Source: Macrostomum hystrix (lineage: Eukaryota > Animalia > Platyhelminthes). Taken from it: a DNA stretch of 64,000 bases. The DNA lies in the NCBI GenBank assembly GCA_950097015.1, contig CATNEN010000008.1, positions 930,001 to 994,000 on the forward strand, given 5' to 3'. Position 1 is the stretch's first letter. Every line of letters starts with the position of its first letter. Below the pieces are notes generated by a model that saw only the letters and a program-made list of their open reading frames with translations, was not told the origin of the DNA and ran no database searches. A program made the translations under genes and the position numbers. Positions 25,377-34,557 of this stretch are shown here, one piece after another.

Positions 25377-28300
25377 TGTCAAGCCGTGCTCAGGAGTATA
25401 AGGCAAGACTGCCCGTAGGCTTGGTTTGGGTTAGTAGCGAATTTAGTTTATTAGTCACGATGTTACACGATACACTTGCATATATATATAAGTAGACGAG
25501 TCAACAAGGCTTAAAAGTCAACAGGTGTTGAGTACATCAATAATCAATATTCAGGCTGCGTACATTGGGTCAGAGTGCGGTTGGCGCGCAGGCCTGCAGA
25601 TCTACCACAGTTCACTTGCTTAACACAGTTCACGGTTCATTCACGGCTCAAACCCCGGCACGTCATCTCCCCCCTTCGAACCGCTCGGGCGGCACGCCCC
25701 GATTCGCACGGAGGTTGTAGCTCGGTCTCTGGGGAGTCGCGGCCGGTGACGGCACTCTGCCACTGGCCGCTGGCGGCGGATCTGCGGTCTCGCCTGGCGC
25801 GCTTGCCTGGGTCAAGGACGCAGGCATGTTTTCATGTCGCGCTTCAGGCAAGTCGGCGGGTCTCGGAGCAACTTCGTGGCTGACTGCGGCTGTCGCAACG
25901 TCTCCATTGCCGCCGGCTTCGTGCCGACGCAGTTGGTCTAGGTGGGCGAGCGTGACCCGGTCACCCTGTCGCATGATCAGCGCCGTGTTGGACCCTTTTT
26001 GCGCCAGGAACTCCGCCTTCTCCGGTGTGGCACTCGGCGTTGGAGCGTACCAGACCTCAGAGCGGATCGCTGTCTTCATGGTGATGGGGTTTCGCAGCTG
26101 CCTTCCCATTAGTTGCGCCGGGCTGAACTCCCTTCCGGCGTGCGGTACACATCGGTAGTTCAGTAGGATCCGTGCCAGGAACGCGTCGTACGGCTCCTGC
26201 TGATCCCAGCCCGCCGAGGCCACCTTGATTGTCTGCACCATTCGCTCGGCCAGGCCGTTGGACTGGGGATGATATGGTGGGGTTTTCACAGCGCGGCAGC
26301 CGATTCTGTGCAGCCAGCTCATCAACCCCTCATCATGGAACTCTGCAGCATTGTCACTCACCAGGGTTCTCGGCACTCCGTTGCGGGCGAAGACCTCCTG
26401 GAGGACCCGCCTGACGGTGGCGGCGCTCTTGTCGGGCACTCGGATAGCCTCCGGCCAGGCAGACATGGCGTCGACCAGGATCAGCAGGAGCCCGACCTTC
26501 GGAACGTGAGCGTGGTCCATGTGCACGCGCCCCCAAGGCTCAGACTCGGCGGGCCATTGGTGGACACTGCTGTGACTACTTTGACGTTGCTTGGCGCAGG
26601 TGTGGCAGGCACGGACGAATCCTTCGACGTCACCGCAGTAGCCTGGCCACCAGACGGAGTTGCGGACCAGCGCTCGAGTGCTCGTGGCGCCCGGATGCGC
26701 CCCGCTGTGCACCAATTCCAGGACGCGACTGCGTAGTGAAGCAGGAATGACCGGGCGATCGCCGTAGCACACCACCGAGCCGTCTAGAGTGAGCGCATGT
26801 CGAATTGCTTTGAATTGCCGTTCCGCAGGCGAGCAACCCGACCAACGGTTTCCAGCTATCCTTCGAGTGATGTCCGCTAGCAGTCTATCGCGCTTTGTCT
26901 CCTCTGCCAGCTCAGTCCAGCCGATGACGCTTTCACCGGCCCAATGCACCAGGTGTTGTTGGGGTGCCGCCTCATATGGATCGTCCGGGACGTCAGCGAA
27001 GTCAAGACGAGACAACGCATCGGCGTGCGGGATGTCGACTCCGCGGGCGTACTCAATAGCGAAGTCAAATCCCATGAGGCGGATCGCCCAGCGCAGGATG
27101 CGGGCATTGGCGACTTTAGGGAGCTGCTGCCGTGCCCCGAACAGAAACTCGAGAGGGCGGTGGTCGGTTCGCAGAGTGAAGCGCTTGCCCAGTAGGAACT
27201 GACGGGACCTCTCCATTGACCACACAATCGCCAGCGCCTCCCGTTCGATGTTGGAGTAGCGTGTCTCTGCCTCCGTCAACCGCCTGCTGAAGTAGATGAC
27301 GGGACGACCTTCTTGCGTGAGCACGGCGGCCACCGCCTTCTCACTGGCGTCGGTCGTGAGCGTTGTTTCCTTTGTCCGGTCGTATGGCTGGATGATCGGG
27401 CTGGAGCTCAGGAGCTTCTTTAGCTGGTGGAAGGCCGCTTCCTGTGCAGTTGTCCAAGTGAACTCCACTCCCTTCTTGCGCAGCTGGTTCAGGGGCTCGA
27501 CGATGTGCGCATAATTGTTGACGAACCTTCCGAAGAAATTGCAGAGGCCGAGGAAGGACTCCAACTGGCGACGGTCGCGTGGTGCAGAGATTTCTTTGAT
27601 CTTGCTGACCAGTCCAGGGTCCGGAGAGATTCCTTCTGCACCGATTCTGTAGCCGAGGAACTTGACGCTCTTGGCGCCCAAGTTGGACTTGGCGAGATTT
27701 ATGTTCATTCCGGCTGCCTGGAGGATCTTAATTACTTCATCGACTTTGGCTTTGAGATCTTCGCTGGAGCGACCTCCGAGCAGAATATCGTCTTGATAGA
27801 TGACCTTGCCGTTCACCTCCTCAAGGGTAGTCTCCATGGCCTTTTGAAAGATGGCGGATGCTGACTTGAGGCCCGGCACGAGTCGGGTGTAGCGAAACAG
27901 ACCGAGTGGGGTCGCAATCGTAGTGACTTCCCTGCTCTTCTCCTCGAGTTCAATCTGTAGATACGCGTCAGATAGGTCGAGGGTCGCGAAGTCAGTCATT
28001 CCGGCGACATCCGAGAAGATGGTCTCGACGGTTGGCATTGGATAGGTGTCTCCGCACACTTGATGATTGACCCCCGCCTTGTAATCGGCACAAATTCTGA
28101 TGTTGCCGTTGGGTTTGAGGACGCAGACGATTGGTGACGCCCACTCGCTACCGCCTTCGGTCACTGGTTCAATTATTCCTTCAGCCTGGAGGCGCTTCAG
28201 CTCTTGGTTGACGCGGTCGCGCAGGTGCAGCGGCACCGCTCTGGCTGCGCAGTAGAATGGCTTGGCACCTTCGATCAGCTTGATTCTGGCTTGGAAACCC

Positions 28301-29803
28301 TTCAGGCAATTGAGGTGCTGTACTGCAGTGCCTTGGCCACCGACTGTCTGCCTCTCAGAGTTCCAATCCAGGTTGTCGAGGCCCAACAGCCCGTGTGACT
28401 TGTGTGCTGCAGTGACAACCAAGTCGACAGTGCGGAACTTGTCTTTATCATTCCACGTTGCTGTGAACTCGCCCAGGGTCTTGATTATTGATCCATCAAA
28501 TTGCCTCAGGATTCGCTTGGACTTCCTCAGCGCTGGACGCCCGAGCATCTCCCAGTGGCCCCTGGGAATGAGGCTTACGTCGGCGCCTGTGTCCACTTGC
28601 ATCTGCAGCTCTTTGCCGTTGATCTTGACGCGCCGGAAGATGCCTTTTCGCTCCTTGTTCTCCGGTCTGATGACGAAGACGTTGGCGGCATCTGGCTTCG
28701 GGGCGGCATCATCGTCCTCCTCCCAGGTCTCCAAGTGCACAGTGCGGGACCTGCAAACGGCTGCGTAGTGGTTTTTCTTGTTGCAGGTGGTGCACCTTTT
28801 GCCGAAGGCGGGGCATGAGCCCTGCTGGTGCGAACCGCCACAGTATTGGCACTTCGTCCTGGTTGTGTGCCTCGGCGATCTGGTGTCCGGAGGAAGCTGT
28901 GGAGGTGCGGCGCGCCGACCTGCATAGGCGATGCTTGACTCGGTGGTGACGGTGGGCCCGGTGCCGGCGTTGTAGTAGCGAATCTGCTCCAACTGCTCAA
29001 GCTCTTGCAGCACATCGGTCAGCAGCATGTCGATGCCCTGCATCCTCTCCAGCAGTCTGCGCTTGTGGTCCACGGAGGCAAGACCGTCCACGAGCCTCAT
29101 GGTGATGAGTTCGTCCTCACAGGTCTGTTTCGAGCCTAGCTTCTCAAAACTGCACGAGGCAGCAGCTGCTCGGAGCCGGCGGTAGTACGATGCGACGCCT
29201 TCGCTCGGATCCTGCCTGAGGGAGAGGAATTTCACCCTCTCGGCAATGGTGAGGCGCCGCTTGGGCCGAATGGTTGCATCGATGATGTCGCGGATCTGTG
29301 CGAATGTTTTGGTCTCCAGGCTGTCTGGGGCAGCCATGAGGGTCAGGGTTCTCAGTGCCTTGAGGCCTGCCCTCGAGAGGAATAGATCAGTGATCTGGTG
29401 TTCCTCTTCCGAATCCTTCAGTTTCTTGGTCCGTGCAGCGGCCGCGAAACTGAGCAGCCAGGCTTCGGCTGTGTCTGGATCTTCCAGGTTTAGTTCAGAT
29501 GCTTGCGATGCCATTGTCAAGCCGTGCTCAGGAGTATAAGGCAAGACTGCCCGTAGGCTTGGTTTGGGTTAGTAGCGAATTTAGTTTATTAGTCACGATG
29601 TTACACGATACACTTGCATATATATATAAGTAGACGAGTCAACAAGGCTTAAAAGTCAACAGGTGTTGAGTACATCAATAATCAATATTCAGGCTGCGTA
29701 CATTGGGTCAGAGTGCGGTTGGCGCGCAGGCCTGCAGATCTACCACAGTTCACTTGCTTAACACAGTTCACGGTTCATTCACGGCTCAAACCCCGGCACG
29801 TCA
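25377..29803 (-). mobile_element. Full-length Ty3/Gypsy LTR retrotransposon (Mag-like), 4427 bp, 5-bp TSD GGATC
   Basis: Two 289-bp LTRs (25377-25665 and 29515-29803), TG...CA, identical by eye. TSD at 25372-25376 and 29804-29808. PPT GAAGGGGGGAGA (25666-25677, minus strand) abuts the 3' LTR. PBS-like TGGCATCGC starts 1 nt after the 5' LTR. Confidence 0.98.
25663..29514 (-). CDS. Gag-Pol polyprotein (1283 aa): Gag with two Zn knuckles, protease, RT, RNase H, integrase
   Basis: CQYCGGSH...C and CTTCNKKNHYAAVC knuckles, DTGA protease, YQDD RT, TDAS RNase H, HHCC and D-D-E integrase. The order PR-RT-RH-IN is Gypsy-type. Single uninterrupted ORF. Confidence 0.97.
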   Translation of the reverse strand: MASQASELNLEDPDTAEAWLLSFAAAARTKKLKDSEEEHQITDLFLSRAGLKALRTLTLMAAPDSLETKTFAQIRDIIDATIRPKRRLTIAERVKFLSLRQDPSEGVASYYRRLRAAAASCSFEKLGSKQTCEDELITMRLVDGLASVDHKRRLLERMQGIDMLLTDVLQELEQLEQIRYYNAGTGPTVTTESSIAYAGRRAAPPQLPPDTRSPRHTTRTKCQYCGGSHQQGSCPAFGKRCTTCNKKNHYAAVCRSRTVHLETWEEDDDAAPKPDAANVFVIRPENKERKGIFRRVKINGKELQMQVDTGADVSLIPRGHWEMLGRPALRKSKRILRQFDGSIIKTLGEFTATWNDKDKFRTVDLVVTAAHKSHGLLGLDNLDWNSERQTVGGQGTAVQHLNCLKGFQARIKLIEGAKPFYCAARAVPLHLRDRVNQELKRLQAEGIIEPVTEGGSEWASPIVCVLKPNGNIRICADYKAGVNHQVCGDTYPMPTVETIFSDVAGMTDFATLDLSDAYLQIELEEKSREVTTIATPLGLFRYTRLVPGLKSASAIFQKAMETTLEEVNGKVIYQDDILLGGRSSEDLKAKVDEVIKILQAAGMNINLAKSNLGAKSVKFLGYRIGAEGISPDPGLVSKIKEISAPRDRRQLESFLGLCNFFGRFVNNYAHIVEPLNQLRKKGVEFTWTTAQEAAFHQLKKLLSSSPIIQPYDRTKETTLTTDASEKAVAAVLTQEGRPVIYFSRRLTEAETRYSNIEREALAIVWSMERSRQFLLGKRFTLRTDHRPLEFLFGARQQLPKVANARILRWAIRLMGFDFAIEYARGVDIPHADALSRLDFADVPDDPYEAAPQQHLVHWAGESVIGWTELAEETKRDRLLADITRRIAGNRWSGCSPAERQFKAIRHALTLDGSVVCYGDRPVIPASLRSRVLELVHSGAHPGATSTRALVRNSVWWPGYCGDVEGFVRACHTCAKQRQSSHSSVHQWPAESEPWGRVHMDHAHVPKVGLLLILVDAMSAWPEAIRVPDKSAATVRRVLQEVFARNGVPRTLVSDNAAEFHDEGLMSWLHRIGCRAVKTPPYHPQSNGLAERMVQTIKVASAGWDQQEPYDAFLARILLNYRCVPHAGREFSPAQLMGRQLRNPITMKTAIRSEVWYAPTPSATPEKAEFLAQKGSNTALIMRQGDRVTLAHLDQLRRHEAGGNGDVATAAVSHEVAPRPADLPEARHENMPASLTQASAPGETADPPPAASGRVPSPAATPQRPSYNLRANRGVPPERFEGGR

Positions 29804-31571
29804 GGATCCTCAGGTTTGGTCTCTCTATGAAGGATCCTCAGGTTTGGTCTCTATATGATGGATCCTCAGGCTTGGTCTCTATATGATGGATCCTCAGGTT
29901 TGGTCTCTATATGATGGATCCTCAGGTTTGGTTTCTATATGATGGATCCTCAGTTTTGCCTCTATATGATGGATCCTCAGGTTTGGTCTCTATATGATGG
30001 ATCCTCAGGTTTGGTCTCTATATGATGGATCCTCAGGTTTGGTCTCTATATGATGGATCCCTGGTTTGGCCTCTATATGATGGATCCCTGGTTTGGTCTC
30101 TATATGATGGATCCTCAGGTTTGGTCTTAATATGATGGATACTCAGGTTTGGTCTCTATATGATGGATCCTCAGGTTTGGTCTTAATATGATGGATCTTT
30201 GGAAGTTATCAACTTGCTTTGATAATGCTGAATTCGCCAACCTATCAATGACTTCATATAGTAGATATTATTTACAAATCCACAAGCCGTAAGATTGCTA
30301 TATGTCTTAAAAATAAGGAACAGAAGCTAGTTTTTCCGGACCAGTTATTTCTTTCAGATTTTTCTAGAAACGAAGCAGACAATAAAGCTTTTAAACGCAT
30401 TCTGAAATTGAGCGATCGTGAAAGCAGAATTCCTGGCATGTCTTATAGCTTCTGTAAGCGGAGGCCGCATATGCAGTATTTTACTTCGCACACACTTGAA
30501 ATGGTCCAAAACAAGTCTTGGCAGAATAAATCTAATAGGGGCTCGATGCTAACACAGAGTAGCGTATTGCGCCGTGCAAAGTTTATGACCTTGGTATCCT
30601 TCACTCGTGCTAAAGTTTAAGCAGATCTTTGCAATAGAAAGCCTATTGAATAAGCGGCTAAACTAGTTTCATCGTGTTAATAGCTAACTTTAACGGGTAT
30701 CTCTGTTATTGAAGATTTGTATCGCCAAGTTTTAAACACTATTTTTGCTACGAGTTTGTGCTAGCAGTAAAACTACGAATCTCGTAATTACTTCACAATT
30801 ACTTTTTATAGCCCATAGTAGAATGAAAATCTATGGATAGATAAATGTAGCTTTGTAACGCTCAACAGTTTATCATATTTGACTTCAATAAAAATGAAAA
30901 AAAATAATTTTCTCTTGAAATTTTTCATGTCGCTTTCACAGAAGAGAAAATGTGTATTAATATTAAAAGGCGCGCGTGTTTCTTAGAAACGTTCACTCGC
31001 CGCTCCAGGTGCACGAATATCGATTAACTGCACAGGAAGGCGTGGCTATCGCGATCGTAAAAGGCAGGTGGCGCGTCCAACACCTGCTGTTTGTATATCT
31101 GTCCGCTGTCATGTATAGCTCGGGATGACTGATTCACATTGTCGCAAGCACGTGACCATCTATATGATCGGGGTTTTAAGGGCGCATGAAAGCGACGGGG
31201 TGAGACATTTTTGCGCTAGATTTCCGTGGCATAAACATGAGCGCGAAGCAATCACTCATCAGGGGGGGTTGCTCGCACATCTTCGGAGGGTGAACGCCCT
31301 ACAGCATTCGGCTGTGTGCACATTTTCTTATATACACAGCAGTATGGTAAGCCAGTTTGTCTAGCCTAGACTGGGTATAAAACTAAGTGCAGCGAAGCGG
31401 ATTTTACTCACTTCTGCGCCCAGCAACACACTGCCCGCAGCTCTAGCCATTTGCTTCCAGAGGTAAGTCGCCTTCTATGCTGTAAGCCTGTACTATTGAT
31501 TTAAAAATCGTGCGCTAATCTACAGCACAATGATCCCACCCCGAAATCTTAGATTCTAAGAAATTCTTACA

Positions 31572-31832
31572 ATGTCTGACGACAGCGCCAAGGCAGTTTT
31601 GTCCGACATCAGCAGCTTCAACGCCGACCAGCTGAAGAAGGTGGAGGCCCAGGAGAAGGTGGTTCTGCCCAGCGCCGAGCAAGTTGAACAGGAGAAGCGC
31701 GAAGTCAGTCTGAGAGAGGCGATCGAGAAGGGCACCGACCTGAAGCACGTCGAGGTGCAGGAGAAGAGCGTCCTGCCGTCCAAGGAGGAGATTGAAGAAG
31801 AGAAGCGACTGTCACAGGACAAAAGCTCGTGA
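31572..31832 (+). CDS. Two-repeat beta-thymosin/WH2 actin-binding protein, 86 aa
   Basis: Repeats ISSFNADQLKKVEAQEKVVLPSAEQVEQEK and IEKGTDLKHVEVQEKSVLPSKEEIEEEK (LKKx...EK..LPS.E.IE.EK). Likely 5' UTR intron with donor GTAAGT at 31463. AATAAA near 32013 and 32082. Confidence 0.93.
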   Translation: MSDDSAKAVLSDISSFNADQLKKVEAQEKVVLPSAEQVEQEKREVSLREAIEKGTDLKHVEVQEKSVLPSKEEIEEEKRLSQDKSS

Positions 31833-32744
31833 CCAGCCTCTGCCCTGGTTGTCGAGCACTGCTCAGTTGACTCGGTTGCTTGCTAAACAGTAGCCCTCCT
31901 TCTTTCTGAACCTATTATAAAGTGCAAGTGTACCCTTCCCACAAACCCCAACTTATTCGTAAGCCCAGCCAATGTCTCTATCTAGCCGTACGCAGTTAAA
32001 ATTATTCTCGCTGATAAAATTAAATAAAGCCTAACCGGTTCAACTAAGGGCAATGGTTTTCCTTACAAAGTCCTCATTTATCAATAAAAATTGCATAATA
32101 ATGCTGTATCGGCGATTCGCAGTGATTGCTCCTCTTAATATATGTTTATCTGCTAAGACCTAGTCAAGGTATTTCCCGTCTCCTGCTCCTGGTCTGATCA
32201 GGTCAAAACAAAATTCAGCACAGTACAACAATTCGATTGCTTATGTATTCGGTTTCAACATTTTGTTGTAATTTTGATAAAGTTAAAGAAATTTCTCACT
32301 CCTCCCTATACAGGCTACTGTCAGTAGCCGAATCGAAATGATTCCGTGAATTGTTTTCGAAATAATTTTGTCTTCATTTGTGATCGGAATGGAACTACGA
32401 CACGGATAGGTTTGGCATAGATGCTAACAAGAACGGAAACGCAACTACGGTAGGAATAATTTCTGGAGATCACTTTTAAACCGATAGAAGTTCTCGACAA
32501 ACAACATGAAAACCGAAAGATAAAACAGGATCAACTATCCAGATTGTGTGAAAGAAAACATTTAATTCAGATAACAATACCATTTATCAAGACACAACAG
32601 TCTAGACTAGGATTAATAGCTGTCACTTTAAAAAAAATGTGCCAAAATAAATGTGCATTGTTCGGATCTAAGCTCCTATACTACAGGCATTCAGGCTTCA
32701 ATTATTCTGGAGTGAAAATCTGCAAGCTTATTACCGACAAACAC

Positions 32745-33103
32745 CGGAGGCTGGTAGAGCGGTTAACGCGTTTGCCTCTCGCGCCAAGGTCCCTAAGTTC
32801 GATTCCGCGACGAGGCCACATTCATTAATGGCGCAGCCGCGGAGAAAAGGCTGTCGGGCTTGTCGGGCAATTTACGCCCTTGAGGGCTAACCTCAATGCC
32901 ACAGTGAAAGTATACACTGCCTGACGATGAGAAAGTTAGCGCAGATGTACACACCTGTGTGAGCGTGTGCCTGCGTACAGTATCTGTGTTCGTGTGTGCT
33001 CAGGAGTCAGCAAAGCGGGCAGCATTGCCTCCTCGCTGGCTGTAGGTCTAGTGTCACCAAATGATGTGCCATCGCCCGGAGCCCTCCTGAAATTATTATT
33101 ATT
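32745..33103 (+). mobile_element. tRNA-derived SINE family A, near full-length (about 360 bp) with (ATT)n tail
   Basis: A-box-like TGGTAGAGCGG, B-box GTTCGATTCC, unique body, tail AATTATTATTATT. Flanking TSD CGACA(A/G)ACAC at 32735-32744 and 33104-33113. Confidence 0.9.
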
Positions 33104-33520
33104 CGACAGACACGCTAAAAACACACAAGACAGCAGATGAAGCTATTGTAGTATCAGTTGAAGTGAAAGCCTGTTTACAAGCTGCTCCACCTGTTCGAAT
33201 AGGAATTTCGAGGCGCTCAAATGCTGGACTCTCGGATCATGAGCTCCACAGCGCCAGACGGCCGACACTTGGCAGCGCCGGCTGCGCCCGCCGTCGAAGC
33301 TGAGGAGGCCGCAGCTGACGCGGGTACGGCGTCTCGAGCGGCTCGACTTTCTGCTGTAGTCGCCGCCGGAGGAGGAACTTTTGGCGAACTGGATGCTGAA
33401 CTCGCCCGCTGCCAGACACCGTCGCCAATCGTCATAGTCGATGCTGGCTCGCCGGAGTTGCTGGCAGCTGTGCGCTTGCCTGCTCGGGAGTGTTTTAGTA
33501 AGCGTACATTTAGTGTCGGG

Positions 33521-33880
33521 AATAATATAAATAATAATAACTGCAGGAGGGCTGCGGGCAATGGCACATCATTTGGTGACAGTAGACACGCAGCCAGCGA
33601 GGAGGCAATTCTGCCCATTTCGCAGACTCCTGAGCACACACGCACACAGATACCGTACGCAGGCACACACTCACACAGAAGTTTTCTCATCGTCAGGCAG
33701 TGTACACTTGGACACTCCATGTGCCTTGGAGGCTGGCCCTCAAGGGCGTAAATTGCCCGACAAGCCCGACAGCCTTTTCACCGCAGCTACGCCCCAAATA
33801 AATGTGGCCTCGCCGCGGAATCGAGCTCAGGGACCTTGGTGCGAGAGGCAAACGCGTTAACCACTCTGCCACCGACCCCC
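33521..33880 (-). mobile_element. tRNA-derived SINE family A, full-length, inverted relative to the 32745 copy
   Basis: The minus strand begins GGGGGTCGGTGGCAGAGTGGTTAACGCGTTTGCCTCTCGCACCAAGGTCCCTGAGCTCGATTCC and ends in an ATT-rich tail. Confidence 0.9.
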
Positions 33881-34029
33881 TTTATCGGGTATTAAAGCTG
33901 TATCAATAGAGCCTCAATGGGAAAATTTTTAAATGATATATGCAAAAACATTTATCTTTGTGCTCAAATAAAATTTACCTTGATATCCAGATGAGTGGGA
34001 CATTACTGCTCGTTACCAGAATTTTTTTA

Positions 34030-34086
34030 TTAGATTAGATTAGATTAGATTAGATTAGATTAGATTAGATTAGATTAGATTAGATT
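34030..34086. repeat. (TTAGA)n pentanucleotide microsatellite, about 11-12 units
   Basis: Perfect tandem run. Confidence 0.95.
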
Positions 34087-34412
34087 ATTTTATTACAATA
34101 GCAATTGTAATAATAAGAACTTAATTTTGACAATGCAAATCGATTATGGTTGCTCTTTTCAAAACCAGACATCATACTGATGGACATTTCATATTAAGCT
34201 TCAGGATACTGGATCTCTAGACAGCTACAATTGGACATTGGGTCGCAGCGTTGTGAGCGCCACAATTGGCTGGGAGTCTTTCAGACGAAGATCAAAGGGA
34301 CCCGTTGCAGAATGGGATGCATTGCTATTGGCTACGGCATTTTTACTACTGACAGTTGTTCCTTGCATGCTTGTCTATGGCTGAAATGGTGCTCCCGAGT
34401 CTCGGTTATGTA

Positions 34413-34557
34413 CTAATATATAATATATTATTTATAATTGCAGGAGGGCTGTGGACACTGGCGAGAAGGCAATTCTGCCCTTTCCTTTGTACCGAAAGCA
34501 CCCAAGCTTCCAGGACTCGCCGCGGAATCGAGCTCAGGGACCTTCGTGTTACAAACG
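34413..34557 (-). mobile_element. SINE family A, internally deleted copy
   Basis: Tail plus GCAGGAGGGCTG, GGCAATTCTGCCC and CTCGCCGCGGAATCGAGCTCAGGGACCTT are joined with most of the body missing. Confidence 0.7.

Larger units (their letters stand above)
24867..30197. repeat. 28-bp minisatellite (TATGATGGATCCTCAGGTTTGGTCTCTA) split into 24867-25376 and 29804-30197 by an LTR retrotransposon
   Basis: About 18 units on the left and 14 on the right; the same unit lies on both sides of the insertion. Confidence 0.95.

Noticed and set aside
25575-29539. Plus-strand ORFs overlapping the retrotransposon
   Set aside because: They are antisense shadows of a GC-rich coding sequence with no motifs.
32745-32820. 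Functional tRNA gene
   Set aside because: No good acceptor or anticodon stem can be formed. The head is fused to a repeated body and ATT tail with a TSD, i.e. a SINE.
34030-34086. (TTAGA)n as an interstitial telomere
   Set aside because: It differs from the TTAGGG/TTAGG telomere motifs and is short; an ordinary microsatellite or retroelement tail is more likely.
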